Origin: Candidatus Daviesbacteria bacterium
Lineage (GTDB): Bacteria > Patescibacteriota > Microgenomatia > Daviesbacterales > UBA10151
Assembly (NCBI GenBank): GCA_016176335.1
Contig: JACOXI010000003.1
Coordinates: 322,477-386,476, forward strand
Reading direction: 5' to 3'
Length of the DNA stretch: 64,000 nucleotides
Made by a program: the position numbers and the translations under genes. Below the pieces are notes generated by a model, which was not told the origin of the DNA, did not search any database, and saw only the letters and a program-made list of their open reading frames with translations. Of this stretch, positions 9,880 to 20,222 are shown one piece after another. Every line of letters starts with the position of its first letter. Positions within the stretch are counted from its first letter, which is position 1.

Positions 9880-10413
9880 GTGGATTCTGAAAAAGGATTA
9901 GTTATTTTATATACAGGTGAAGGGAAGGGCAAGACTACTGCGGCTTTGGGGTTAGTGCTTCGAGCTTCGGGATATAATAAAAAATGTTTAATTGTCCAGT
10001 TTGGTAAAATTTGGTTTACTGGAGAGCTTGAAGGTATTAAAAAATTAGCCCCCTTTGTAAAAATAATTCAGGGAGGAAAAGGATTTGTTAAAATTTTGGG
10101 AGACAAGCTACCTTTAAAAGAACACAAAAAAGCAGCCAAAAATACTTTTGACTTGTTATATAAAGAGGTAATTTCTGATAAATGGGATGTGATGGTGGCA
10201 GATGAGATAGTGGGAGCTTGCTCGTCTGGATTATTATCTATTAGTAAGGTAGTTAAGTTAATTAAAGACAAGCCAGATAGGTTGGATTTAGTTTTGACAG
10301 GCCATCATGCATCCAGAAAATTACTTGACTTTGCAGATTTGGCAACAGAGATGGTAGAATTAAAACACCCCTACAGATTGGGAATTTTAGCAAAACAAGG
10401 GGTTGACTTTTAG
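9880..10413 (+). CDS. cobO: Cob(I)alamin adenosyltransferase (CobO/BtuR)
   Basis: YTGEGKGKTTAALG, VQF, DE, LVLTG, ADL.TEM..KHPY..G..A..GVDF. Confidence 0.92.
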   Translation: MDSEKGLVILYTGEGKGKTTAALGLVLRASGYNKKCLIVQFGKIWFTGELEGIKKLAPFVKIIQGGKGFVKILGDKLPLKEHKKAAKNTFDLLYKEVISDKWDVMVADEIVGACSSGLLSISKVVKLIKDKPDRLDLVLTGHHASRKLLDFADLATEMVELKHPYRLGILAKQGVDF

Positions 10414-10436
10414 CACTCAAGGTAGTAAACTGCTAA
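10403..10436 (+). promoter_or_regulatory. CIRCE (HrcA operator) overlapping a sigma70-type promoter of lon
   Basis: TTAGCACTC-N9-AACTGCTAA at 10410-10436 (left arm perfect, right arm 7/9); TTGACT (10403) - 17 nt - TAAACT (10426). Confidence 0.85.
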
Positions 10437-10452
10437 TTACAAAGTAAAAATC

Positions 10453-12870
10453 ATGGCTGATTTTATAAAACCTATTTTAAATGAGCCTCTAAAACTTAAA
10501 CCAACCATGCCGGTTGGGCCGCTACGAGATACAGTGATCTTTCCTGGTAACTCTGTTCCCATAATTTCCGGTAGACCCAAATCAAAGGCTGCTTTAGATG
10601 TTGCCTGGAATTCTGATAAGCTGATTGTTTTTGTCACCCAAAAAAATAGCAGAATTGAAGATCCATCAGATAAGGATCTTTATAAGGTAGGTACTGTTTG
10701 TTTGATAAGAAGAGTTGTTAAAAATCCAGAAGGTGAATATACCCTTCAAGCAGAAGGAATGGCAAGAGTGTTCATTAAAAATTTCACCCAAATTGATCCA
10801 TATTTGGAAGCAGAAATTGAGGAAATCCCGGAGCTTTATGAACGGTCTGATCAAACGGAAGCACAAGTTCGAACGGTTAGAGAGCAGGTTCGCCGTTTTA
10901 TGGAGCTTGGGGGTAGTCCTTTCTTTGATCAGAATATTTTTACCAATTGGTCGGTATTTTCTTATACGGACGATCCAAATCAACTTGTTAATACTATAAC
11001 TCAAGCAGTTGATTTCAAAACTATTGATAAACAACAGATTTTGGAGATGGTTTCCGCCCAAGAAAGATTGCAAAGACTGTCCGAGCTTTTGGCAAAAGAA
11101 ATAAGAATTATGGAGATTTCCCAAAAGATTTCTTCTCAAACTCAAGAGCGTGTTTCCAAGATCACAAAAGAAGCCATATTAAAAGAGCAGATGAGAAGTA
11201 TTGAGGAGGAGCTGGGCGGGGGGGATTCGGAGCATCAGGAAATTAAGGAATTTGAATTGAAAATTAAAAAGAGTGGTATGCCAAAGGAAGTTTTGGAGAG
11301 GACTAAGAGGGAGTTATCAAGGCTGGCCAAGATGTCCCCATATAATCCCGAAGCGGGCTACATCAGAAATTACTTGGAGTGGTTAACTGATCTTCCTTGG
11401 AAGTTGGAAAAACAGCCGAAAGTAGATCTTAAAAAAGCCGAAGAAATCTTGGAAGAAGACCATTATGGTTTAAAGAAAGTGAAGGAAAGAATCCTGGAAT
11501 ACTTGGCAGTACACAAACTGGCAGGTAAAATTCACGGTCCTATCCTTTGTTTTGTGGGGCCTCCGGGTGTTGGTAAAACCTCTATCGGAAAATCCATTGC
11601 CAGAGCACTGTCGCGAAAATTTATTAAGGTTTCCCTGGGAGGAATCAGGGATGAGGCAGAGATCAGAGGTCACAGAAGAACTTATGTAGGGAGCATGCCG
11701 GGAAGAATAGTCCAAGGTATAAAACAAGCCGGCACTGTTAATCCTGTATTTATGCTGGATGAGATAGACAAAATCGGTGCAGACTACAGAGGTGATCCGT
11801 CAGCCGCACTTTTGGAAGCATTAGATCCGGAACAAAATTTTGGTTTTTCAGACCATTATCTGGAAGTATCGTTTGATCTTTCCAACGTGATGTTTATCAC
11901 AACTGCCAATATTTTGGATACCATTCCTCCGGCTTTGCGGGATAGGCTGGAAATTATCCGTTATGCAGGCTATACAGAGGATGAAAAATTCCATATTGCT
12001 GAAAAATTCCTCATCCCAAAACAGGTGGTGGGTCATGGTTTAAAAAAAGATCAGATTAATTTTTCAGATTTGGCCGTACGGTCAATTATTCGCGAATATA
12101 CCAGGGAAGCAGGAGTAAGAAGTTTGGAAAGGGAGCTTTCAGCAGTGATGCGAAAAGTTGCAAGAAAAATTGCAGAGGGAGATGGGAAAAAACTATTTAA
12201 GATTACCCCGGAGGTTGTACACAAATTCTTGGGTCCGATCAAGTTTTTGCCACAACTGGCAGAAATAGAGGATACAATAGGTATGACCACCGGTCTATCT
12301 GTCACAGAAGCAGGTGGAGAGATTTTATTTATAGAAGTGACATTAATGCCTGGAAAGGGTGGGTTGCTCTTGACAGGACAATTAGGGGATGTGATGAAAG
12401 AGTCAGGACAGGCTGCAATGTCTTATGTCAGGTCTCATTGGTTAAATTTAGGCCTACCGGAAAAATTCTTCCAAAAAGTAGATGTCCATGTCCATGTTCC
12501 GGAAGGGGCAATACCAAAAGACGGGCCATCTGCCGGCATCGCCCTCACAACTGCCATAGTTTCCGCATTTAGTAAAATTCCTGTTCATAAAGATATTGCT
12601 ATGACAGGTGAGGTAACTTTAAGAGGAAGAGTGTTGGAAATTGGGGGACTTAAGGAAAAAGTCTTGGCTGCACACAGAGCCGGGGTGAAAACCATTATTG
12701 TACCGGACGATAATAAAAAAGACATGGAAGATATACCAATGTTTGTACAAAAAGATTTGAAATTTATTTTTGTCAAACATATGGATGAGGTTTTGGATGT
12801 AGCATTAGTTAGATTTCCAAAACCTGTTTTAAACAAAAGAATTCCGGTTAGTCCTGCCTTTGTCGCATGA
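10453..12870 (+). CDS. lon: ATP-dependent Lon protease (LonA)
   Basis: LON N domain, [29 protein letters not shown]. Confidence 0.97.
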   Translation: MADFIKPILNEPLKLKPTMPVGPLRDTVIFPGNSVPIISGRPKSKAALDVAWNSDKLIVFVTQKNSRIEDPSDKDLYKVGTVCLIRRVVKNPEGEYTLQAEGMARVFIKNFTQIDPYLEAEIEEIPELYERSDQTEAQVRTVREQVRRFMELGGSPFFDQNIFTNWSVFSYTDDPNQLVNTITQAVDFKTIDKQQILEMVSAQERLQRLSELLAKEIRIMEISQKISSQTQERVSKITKEAILKEQMRSIEEELGGGDSEHQEIKEFELKIKKSGMPKEVLERTKRELSRLAKMSPYNPEAGYIRNYLEWLTDLPWKLEKQPKVDLKKAEEILEEDHYGLKKVKERILEYLAVHKLAGKIHGPILCFVGPPGVGKTSIGKSIARALSRKFIKVSLGGIRDEAEIRGHRRTYVGSMPGRIVQGIKQAGTVNPVFMLDEIDKIGADYRGDPSAALLEALDPEQNFGFSDHYLEVSFDLSNVMFITTANILDTIPPALRDRLEIIRYAGYTEDEKFHIAEKFLIPKQVVGHGLKKDQINFSDLAVRSIIREYTREAGVRSLERELSAVMRKVARKIAEGDGKKLFKITPEVVHKFLGPIKFLPQLAEIEDTIGMTTGLSVTEAGGEILFIEVTLMPGKGGLLLTGQLGDVMKESGQAAMSYVRSHWLNLGLPEKFFQKVDVHVHVPEGAIPKDGPSAGIALTTAIVSAFSKIPVHKDIAMTGEVTLRGRVLEIGGLKEKVLAAHRAGVKTIIVPDDNKKDMEDIPMFVQKDLKFIFVKHMDEVLDVALVRFPKPVLNKRIPVSPAFVA

Positions 12871-14876
12871 TGGATTTAATTGTCAATAACATATCAAACA
12901 TCATTTGGCTTTCTGTTGGAGCCTCCCTATTTTATGGATTGTGGTTAATAATTGATATTTTAAGAAGACCTTCGGGTGATGAGAAAATGAGGGAAATCCA
13001 AACGGCGATTCAAATAGGGGCTTCGGCTTACCTGCAAAGACAATATAAAGTTGTGGCTTCTGTTGCTGTAATACTGGCGGCAGGAATTTATTACTTCCTG
13101 GGAGCAAATACTGCTTTAGGGTTTTTAATAGGAGCTACTCTTTCTGCGTTGGCTGGGTTTATAGGTATGAATGTGGCGGTAAGAACCAATGTTCGGGTCG
13201 CGGAAATTGCCAAAGGGGGCTTACCTCAAGCTTTCTCTCTTGCCTATAAAGGTGGGGCAGTCACAGGGTTTTTTGTGGTGGGTTTAGCATTGGCTGCAGT
13301 TTATGGTTTTTATCAATACACTGGCGGGGATATTAAATCTTTAATTGGTCTTGGCTTTGGAGGGTCTTTAATTTCCGTTTTTGCCAGGCTTGGTGGTGGA
13401 ATTTTTACAAAAGGGGCAGATGTGGGGGCTGATTTGGTTGGTAAACTTGAGGCAGGGATTCCCGAAGATGATCCAAGAAACCCGGCAGTTATTGCGGATA
13501 ATGTGGGGGATAATGTCGGAGATGATGCCGGCATGGCAGCGGATATTTTTGAGACACATATTGTCACGGCAATTGCCGCAATGATTTTGGGACAACTGCT
13601 TTTGCCTAACTTTCCCAATGCCCTAGTCTATCCTCAATTACTTTTGGCAGTAGCTATTTTGGGTTCTATCTTTGGCAGCGCAGTCGTTCGCTTAAACGGT
13701 AAAAATATTATGGGCGCTCTTTATAAGGGTTTAACCGCCGCAGTTATCTTCTCCCTAATACTTTTTTATCCGGCAACTTTAGCTTTAATGGGACAAAACC
13801 CCCTTTTCCCGGTGATTAATCTGTATCTTTCAACCATTGTCGGTGTTTTAGTAACAGCCGCCATATTTTGGATTACAGAGTATTACACTTCAACAAAATA
13901 TGCTCCCGTGCAACATATAGCCGAGGCATCAAGAACAGGTCATGCTACCAATATTATCGCCGGACTGGCCACTTCCATGAAATCTACCTTCTTTCCTGTT
14001 CTGCTAATTTCAGCAGCGGTGTTAGTAAGTTTCTGGCTGGCTGGTTTGTATGGCATAGCTTTGGCTGCAGTTGCAATGCTGTCTTTGGCAGGAACGGTTG
14101 TGACAATTGATGCTTTTGGACCGATCACCGATAATGCCGGGGGGATTGCCGAAATGGCACACTTACCGCAAAAGGTGCGGGATGTGACAGATCCTTTGGA
14201 TGCTGTTGGCAATACCACCAAAGCTGTGACAAAAGGTTACGCCATTGCTTCTGCCGGGTTGGCTGCTTTGGTGCTTTTTACAGCTTACGCGGAGGAATTG
14301 GCAACAACTGGGGCGGAATTATCTTTTTCTCTGACCGACCCGCAAGTTTTGATAGGCCTTTTTATAGGCGGTGCTCTTCCCTATCTTTTTGCCTCATACG
14401 CAATGGAGGCTGTGGGAAAAGCAGGCGGGGCGGTGGTTGAGGAAGTCAGGAGACAGTTCAAAACAATAAGAGGGATAATGGAGGGGAAGGCCAAACCGGA
14501 TTATGCCCGTTGTGTGGAGATAGTGACAGTTGTTGCACAAAAAGAAATGTTAATTCCGGCTTTGATTCCTGTGTTAGCGCCTATTTTAGTGGGATTTGTT
14601 TTGGGACCTGTTGCTTTGGGGGGGATGCTTGTGGGAACAATTGTGACAGGGATATTTGTGGCAGTTTCCATGACCACGGGTGGTGCTGCCTGGGATAATG
14701 CCAAAAAATATATAGAAACGGGAAAATTTGGAGGTAAAGGATCAGATGCTCACAAAGCTGCAGTCACAGGTGATACGGTCGGTGATCCATATAAAGATAC
14801 AGCAGGGCCAGCGATAAATCCGATGATAAAAGTCGTTAATATCGTCGCGTTACTTCTTGTGCCTTTTCTTAAATAA
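12867..14876 (+). CDS. hppA: Membrane H+-translocating pyrophosphatase, K+-independent type
   Basis: [32 protein letters not shown] (Lys indicates K+-independent), [10 protein letters not shown]. Confidence 0.95.
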   Translation: MMDLIVNNISNIIWLSVGASLFYGLWLIIDILRRPSGDEKMREIQTAIQIGASAYLQRQYKVVASVAVILAAGIYYFLGANTALGFLIGATLSALAGFIGMNVAVRTNVRVAEIAKGGLPQAFSLAYKGGAVTGFFVVGLALAAVYGFYQYTGGDIKSLIGLGFGGSLISVFARLGGGIFTKGADVGADLVGKLEAGIPEDDPRNPAVIADNVGDNVGDDAGMAADIFETHIVTAIAAMILGQLLLPNFPNALVYPQLLLAVAILGSIFGSAVVRLNGKNIMGALYKGLTAAVIFSLILFYPATLALMGQNPLFPVINLYLSTIVGVLVTAAIFWITEYYTSTKYAPVQHIAEASRTGHATNIIAGLATSMKSTFFPVLLISAAVLVSFWLAGLYGIALAAVAMLSLAGTVVTIDAFGPITDNAGGIAEMAHLPQKVRDVTDPLDAVGNTTKAVTKGYAIASAGLAALVLFTAYAEELATTGAELSFSLTDPQVLIGLFIGGALPYLFASYAMEAVGKAGGAVVEEVRRQFKTIRGIMEGKAKPDYARCVEIVTVVAQKEMLIPALIPVLAPILVGFVLGPVALGGMLVGTIVTGIFVAVSMTTGGAAWDNAKKYIETGKFGGKGSDAHKAAVTGDTVGDPYKDTAGPAINPMIKVVNIVALLLVPFLK

Positions 14877-14900
14877 CGTGTCTTTGTTAGCTTTGTGTTT

Positions 14901-15320
14901 CTATTGAGGCGAGGTTGGATTTGGGGGAGGGGTGGGTTGACTGCCCATTAGGGCGTTTTTCACCTCCATCACCACTTGATCGGGAGTATAAGACGCCTTA
15001 ATTAAATAAGCTTGCGCGCCTAATTCAAATCCTTCCTTAATAACCGCTTCCTGTCCTAAATTCGTCAAAAGTATGGTAATCATTTTAGAATTTGGATTTT
15101 GAGTCTTAAATTCCCTTAGAACTTGTAATCCATTCATTCCCGGAAGCATGATATCCAAAAGTAACAGATCAAAAGGTTCACTCTTTAACATATTCAAACC
15201 ACTTTGCCCGTCCATCGCACTTTTAACCTGAAAACCCGCTTTGGTCAGTTGTCTAACATACAGGTCTCTTATAAAGTTCTCATCCTCAATCAGAATAATT
15301 TTTTTGGAATTCGGATCCAT
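14901..15320 (-). CDS. Single-domain response regulator (receiver)
   Basis: IEDE, LLDIMLPGMNG, LT, YLIK. Confidence 0.92.
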   Translation of the reverse strand: MDPNSKKIILIEDENFIRDLYVRQLTKAGFQVKSAMDGQSGLNMLKSEPFDLLLLDIMLPGMNGLQVLREFKTQNPNSKMITILLTNLGQEAVIKEGFELGAQAYLIKASYTPDQVVMEVKNALMGSQPTPPPNPTSPQ

Positions 15321-15382
15321 TAGAATTATTTTAACCTGAACCTTATCCTTCTTTCAACCACAATTATGCAAACTAATTGTGG

Positions 15383-16831
15383 TCAATAATTAAGTGCACC
15401 GTGTTGAATTTCTTGGCCAACAAATTTATCAGATACAAAAGGTTTCATTTGGGAAGCAGCAGGTAACGTAAAGTAAAACTTACTTCCGGATCCTTCTTCG
15501 GATTCGACCCAAATTTTTCCTCCCAGTTTGCTAATAATAGATTTGGCAATATACAAACCCAGTCCGGTGCCTTTGGAGGCTTGCTGCGAAGTGTTGGAAA
15601 CCCGGAAGAATTTATTAAAAAGATGAGGAATGGCTTCTTTCGGTATGCCAATTCCCGTATCGGAGACAACTGTTGTAATCTCAAGCGGTGTAATTTTAAA
15701 AGAAATATCGACTTTCCCCCCCGGGTTTGTATAATTTATGGCATTTGCAATAAGGTTTGTGACAACTTCGTTAATTCTAATCGGATCAGCAAGAACTTTG
15801 GGAAGGGCATCTTTTGGAAAATTGAGCGTTAAAGAGATATTTTTCTGCTTAGCCAGGTTGCCCAGATCATCAACACTCTTTGTCAAAACTGTTTGATAAT
15901 CAATCGGTTCCGGTGAAACTGCCAACTGGTCTCTTTCAATTTTATTAACGTTTAAAATATTTTGAACCAGAGCCAAAAGCTGTTGGGCGGAAACTTGGCT
16001 TTTTTCCAGAAGGTCAAGTTCCTCGCTTGCTATTTTGCCTCTATTTTCATTTATAAATACAGAAAGGTAGCCGATAATACCAGTTAGGGGGGTTCTTAGC
16101 TCGTGTGATGCCATTGAAACAAAATCAAGCTTCATTCTTTCCAATTCTTCTTCTTTTGAAAGGTCACGCAATAGCAACAGGCATCCCAAGTTTGTCTGAA
16201 CTCCACTGTCTATTTTGGAAGTAGTTAAATTTATCCTTGTCTGCTTACCGTCTCTTCCGACTAAAGTTACTGTTTGGTTAAAAGAGATATCGCAATAAGT
16301 TTTAGATAAAATTTCCTCTTGACCGGAGTAAAGACGAACAAACTGGTCTATTGATTTGCTGTTTAATTCGTTTTGTGTGTAGCCGGTGATACTTTCTGCT
16401 GCTTTATTGACAAAAACGATATTTTTATTAAAGTCTAATGCTATAATCCCATCAACAATGGCTGATAGTACAGAATCAATTCTATTTCGCTCGGAAGCAA
16501 GTGCATCTTTTTCTGTCTCCAATTTTTGAAAAGAGATTGCGAGTTTCCCTGCCATTAAATTGAAAGCATCAGCCACACTTTGAAGTTCATCTTGACTTCT
16601 TATATCAAGTTTATAGTTTAGATTACCTTCGCCCAAAGATTTGGCAGCTTGAACGAATTTGCCCAAAGGTTTTAGGATTAAAAATAGGACTAAAGTAGCA
16701 ATAAATGCTGAAAGCGCGCCAATAATATAAGAAATTGGTGAGTTAAGATTTAGGAAATTTATCGCAAAGATAGGTATAAATACAGCAAATAAGATCAGAA
16801 TAATTAATTTGAGGAGGAGTGAAATTTTCAT
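15383..16831 (-). CDS. Sensor histidine kinase (2 TM, HAMP, PAS, HisKA, HATPase)
   Basis: SHELRTPL, NLIANAINY, DTGIGI, GTGLGL, GSKFYFTLP. Confidence 0.95.
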   Translation of the reverse strand: MKISLLLKLIILILFAVFIPIFAINFLNLNSPISYIIGALSAFIATLVLFLILKPLGKFVQAAKSLGEGNLNYKLDIRSQDELQSVADAFNLMAGKLAISFQKLETEKDALASERNRIDSVLSAIVDGIIALDFNKNIVFVNKAAESITGYTQNELNSKSIDQFVRLYSGQEEILSKTYCDISFNQTVTLVGRDGKQTRINLTTSKIDSGVQTNLGCLLLLRDLSKEEELERMKLDFVSMASHELRTPLTGIIGYLSVFINENRGKIASEELDLLEKSQVSAQQLLALVQNILNVNKIERDQLAVSPEPIDYQTVLTKSVDDLGNLAKQKNISLTLNFPKDALPKVLADPIRINEVVTNLIANAINYTNPGGKVDISFKITPLEITTVVSDTGIGIPKEAIPHLFNKFFRVSNTSQQASKGTGLGLYIAKSIISKLGGKIWVESEEGSGSKFYFTLPAASQMKPFVSDKFVGQEIQHGALNY

Positions 16832-16903
16832 TTTAGTATCTAATCTAGCGTACCAGAAGCGGAAGATTTTGACAAGGAAAATTGGTATAATTTAGCAAAA
16901 TTC

Positions 16904-16975
16904 GGCTCTGTCGTCTAGGGGTTAGGACACAGCGTTCTCAACGCTGTAACACGGGTTCGAATCCCGTCAGAGCCA
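16904..16975 (+). tRNA. tRNA-Glu (anticodon CTC); CCA end not encoded
   Basis: Acceptor stem GGCTCTG/CAGAGCC, anticodon arm CAGCG-TTCTCAA-CGCTG, T arm ACGGG-TTCGAAT-CCCGT; upstream TGgTATAAT at 16883-16891. Confidence 0.96.
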
Positions 16976-17011
16976 CTGATTAATATTCTCTTAAAGCCTT
17001 CTCTCGCAGGT

Positions 17012-17040
17012 TTGACTTTGTGGATAAATTAGCATAGAAT
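17012..17040 (+). promoter_or_regulatory. Sigma70-type promoter of greA
   Basis: TTGACT - 17 nt - TAGAAT. Confidence 0.7.
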
Positions 17041-17053
17041 CTGCCTAAAATAA

Positions 17054-17542
17054 ATGACTAAAAATAATAAGTCAAACAAACTTGCCAAAAATGTTTATCT
17101 TACTCAAAAGGGGCTTTCCGAAGCCAGAGGGGAGCTTGATTACTTAAAAAAAGTCAAAAGAGCGGACATTGCCAGCAGAATAAATCAAGCTCGGGAGTAC
17201 GGAGATTTATCAGAGAATTCCGAATATGACAGTGCAATGGAGGATCAGGCTTTAATGGAAAGCAGAATCAGTGCACTGGAAAACATTCTCAAAGATGCAA
17301 AAGTTATTTCAAATAACCTCACCAATGATTTTGTGGTGATTGGGTCAACTGTTAGGATAGAGATGGACAGGGAGATTGATGAATTCACCATAGTAGGCAG
17401 AGTGGAGGCAGATCCTGCCAAAAAAAGAATATCAAATGAATCACCTTTGGGATCAGCACTTTTGGGTGGTAAAAAAGGGGAGATTGTGGAGGTCACAACA
17501 CCAATTGTTAAGTATAAATGTAAAATTCTGGAGGTAAAATGA
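17054..17542 (+). CDS. greA: Transcription elongation factor GreA
   Basis: GDLSENSEYDSA, IVG..EADP...ISNESPLGSALLG. Confidence 0.96.
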   Translation: MTKNNKSNKLAKNVYLTQKGLSEARGELDYLKKVKRADIASRINQAREYGDLSENSEYDSAMEDQALMESRISALENILKDAKVISNNLTNDFVVIGSTVRIEMDREIDEFTIVGRVEADPAKKRISNESPLGSALLGGKKGEIVEVTTPIVKYKCKILEVK

Positions 17543-18876
17543 GGACTAGTAAACCAATTTTATTATTTAAGCCCACTTTAACATTGCTTTCTAAAAATGA
17601 AAGTCAAGTTTTAGAGGTTCTTGTTGAGGCAGGGAAGTTAATTATCCCTATATATATTGCTCAAGAGAATCACAATCAATTAGGTGCCAATTTTTATCCA
17701 AAAGGTATCAGTAAGGAGGAAATAGAAAAGGCAGCAAAAAAAGATCCTAAAATTCTTTCTCCTTATACAGTTGTGGAGAAAATTAATGGTAAATTAGTGG
17801 CCATTCCCTATCATGTTAAGTATGCAAACTTGCTAAAACCTATTGCTGATAAGTTAATTGAAGCTGCAAATATTACTGACAATAAAGAATTTGCCAGGAG
17901 ATTGTTGATACAGGCTAAGGCATTGCTTAATGGTAGTTATGATGAGGCAACTATTGCCTGGATGAAAATGAAGCCTTATGTCTTGGATATAAACATTGGG
18001 CCAGTTGAAAGATATGATGATAAACTATTCTTTACGAAAACTTCGTATCAGGCTTGGGTTGGGGTAATGGATGAGGGTGCTACTAAACGTGCAAGACAAT
18101 TCAGAGATATTATCTTAAGTGCCAGAAAGCATTCTTTGATGTCTTCAGAACAAGTGGATTTTTATGATAAGGTACAAATTCGGGTTGATGACTTGTTACT
18201 ATTTTCAGGGCTGATAGCAAGGACAGTCTTTTTAGGGGTGGATGTTCCTAATGATCCAAATTTAATGGAGAAATATGGATCAGAGATTACTATATTTAAT
18301 CAAGCTAACGAGTACCGTTTTAAGCACGAGGTTCTGCCAGCTTTTAACAGGATATTCTCCGTCTCATTTAAGAAGCTGTTCAGTATTAGAGATATAGAAT
18401 TAGGGACATTATACTCTACAATTTTACATGAACTGGGACATGTTTATCTAAGATATCGAGATTCTGAAAAGAGGTTAAGGGATCTATTCCCAATAATTGA
18501 TGAGTTATCAGCCTATGTGACTGGTCTGAAAGTTGGAGGATATCTGTTACTGAAAGATGTTACCGACACAAAACAGCTTGAATCTATGATGGTCGCCTTT
18601 TTGGCAAGATCTTTTGAGATGGTTTTATACGAGAAAGATAACCGCTCTAAATATCACTATATGCTTGGCGGGGCCATATTTATAAATTATCTGTTGGAGA
18701 GTGGAGCCATTCAGGAAAAAGGTGGTGTTTCTTGGCCAAATTTCACAAAGATGTTTTTCTCATTAAGTGAATTAGCTGTTGTTTTGGATAGGATTTTATC
18801 CTGTGGCACAAGAGCAGATGCTGAAGTATTTATTAAAAAATACGGCAACATAAAAAAACTCCAAAGGTTTAAGTAA
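17539..18876 (+). CDS. Peptidase M49 (dipeptidyl-peptidase III-like) zincin
   Basis: GANFYP, SPYTVV, IGPVERYDDKLF..K, PND, HELGH followed by DEL. Confidence 0.7.
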   Translation: MRTSKPILLFKPTLTLLSKNESQVLEVLVEAGKLIIPIYIAQENHNQLGANFYPKGISKEEIEKAAKKDPKILSPYTVVEKINGKLVAIPYHVKYANLLKPIADKLIEAANITDNKEFARRLLIQAKALLNGSYDEATIAWMKMKPYVLDINIGPVERYDDKLFFTKTSYQAWVGVMDEGATKRARQFRDIILSARKHSLMSSEQVDFYDKVQIRVDDLLLFSGLIARTVFLGVDVPNDPNLMEKYGSEITIFNQANEYRFKHEVLPAFNRIFSVSFKKLFSIRDIELGTLYSTILHELGHVYLRYRDSEKRLRDLFPIIDELSAYVTGLKVGGYLLLKDVTDTKQLESMMVAFLARSFEMVLYEKDNRSKYHYMLGGAIFINYLLESGAIQEKGGVSWPNFTKMFFSLSELAVVLDRILSCGTRADAEVFIKKYGNIKKLQRFK

Positions 18877-18933
18877 GCCTATAAATTTGCAAATTATCCT
18901 CAAAAAATGTAAAATACTTCAGAAATTTTAATC

Positions 18934-20202
18934 TTGATGCTTATGATGGAACGAACAAGGGATTTAGACATACAACATGGGAAAGATCTAGTTCGCGGTG
19001 TGAGAGCTTGGCAAGAGTTAGAGGACAGAAGAAGAACAGGACTTGATATTATAGACTTTAGACTGGCTCCTTCGGACTGGATCCTTAGATACTCCCCCTT
19101 CTTTTATAGAAAGGATGTATTGAGATACTTTCAAAGGTTGGCAGAGGATATTCACAGAGATACTTCAGACGGGTTGTACTTAGGTGCAAAGGTGGATGGT
19201 CTCGTCACATATCTGGGGTTTTTAACTATGGAGCCTCGCTCTTTTCATCCTCGAGATCATTTTGAGTTAGGCATGACCAGAATTGCCGGATATATTCCAA
19301 GATTAATACCCGGTCCAGAGGTTGATAAGGTAAGAGGAGAAATATCGACAAACTTTTCTGATAGATATGAACTGCCATTTGATAGAAATGGCTGGTTAAC
19401 GTTTCGTAGGCGACACGGTATTTCTCCTACCCAAGCAAGAAAGGAAATTGCAGCGTCAGAAAGAGCAATCGTGTCAAAAGTAGCAAAAATTGTTGGAGCA
19501 AGATCACTCCCAAGAGTAACAATAAGAGTAGTTAACGAGGAAACAGACTATTGGCTAGGGTGGGTAAGAGCTAATTCCTCTGATACAGAATTTAGAATTA
19601 ACGAGGCTGATATAAATTCGGAACGCTACTATGATGGTGTTCCCGTAAGAATGCTAATTCATGAGTTAGGGGGTCATGGGATACAAGCCCGCTCTTTTGC
19701 AGATAATACCAAAGAGGAATCTGTTAACCCTGGTCGGGTAGAAACCACTGTGCCAGGTGTTGAACAATGGCTACTCGAGGCTTGGGCCTCTGAAATTAGT
19801 CGACTATACCCTTCAGTGTTTGATGGTTTAACTGATGAACGAAGGCAGAATGCGGAAATGGCAGTGGAATTACAATATCTAACTGATACAGCTTATACAA
19901 ACGCTCAATATGAACTGCTTATTTCAGGGAGAGATAGAAAGGTGGTAGTGGGAGAATTAGCGGATCTTTTACCTCATGAGCCAACAGCGAGAATAGAGTT
20001 AATATTAGAGTTGATGACGACCAGACTTGATAGAATGTTTTATCTTCCTGTATATGGTGATGGTAGCTTCTTCCTAAGACAGCACGTAGAATCATTACCA
20101 GAGGAGGCAAAAAGACGGTTTACCAACGAGATACACAGACAACCGATGACCCCCGATCAAGTTAAAAGTTTAGTAGCTCAACTTCAATTGTCAAACTCCT
20201 AA
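18934..20202 (+). CDS. Orphan-like zincin-fold protein (DUF885-like)
   Basis: LIHELGGHGIQ followed by LEAWASE; own promoter TTGCAA (18887) - 17 nt - TAAAAT (18910); start codon uncertain. Confidence 0.5.
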   Translation: MMLMMERTRDLDIQHGKDLVRGVRAWQELEDRRRTGLDIIDFRLAPSDWILRYSPFFYRKDVLRYFQRLAEDIHRDTSDGLYLGAKVDGLVTYLGFLTMEPRSFHPRDHFELGMTRIAGYIPRLIPGPEVDKVRGEISTNFSDRYELPFDRNGWLTFRRRHGISPTQARKEIAASERAIVSKVAKIVGARSLPRVTIRVVNEETDYWLGWVRANSSDTEFRINEADINSERYYDGVPVRMLIHELGGHGIQARSFADNTKEESVNPGRVETTVPGVEQWLLEAWASEISRLYPSVFDGLTDERRQNAEMAVELQYLTDTAYTNAQYELLISGRDRKVVVGELADLLPHEPTARIELILELMTTRLDRMFYLPVYGDGSFFLRQHVESLPEEAKRRFTNEIHRQPMTPDQVKSLVAQLQLSNS

Positions 20203-20222
20203 CTTCAAGGTATACTCATTGC

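Noticed and set aside
16869-16891. TTGACA + TATAAT as a consensus -35/-10 pair for the tRNA
   Set aside because: Spacer is only 11 nt; the extended -10 alone is the supportable element
16904-20202. Genomic island integrated at tRNA-Glu
   Set aside because: No integrase, no duplicated tRNA 3' end noticed, and greA follows directly
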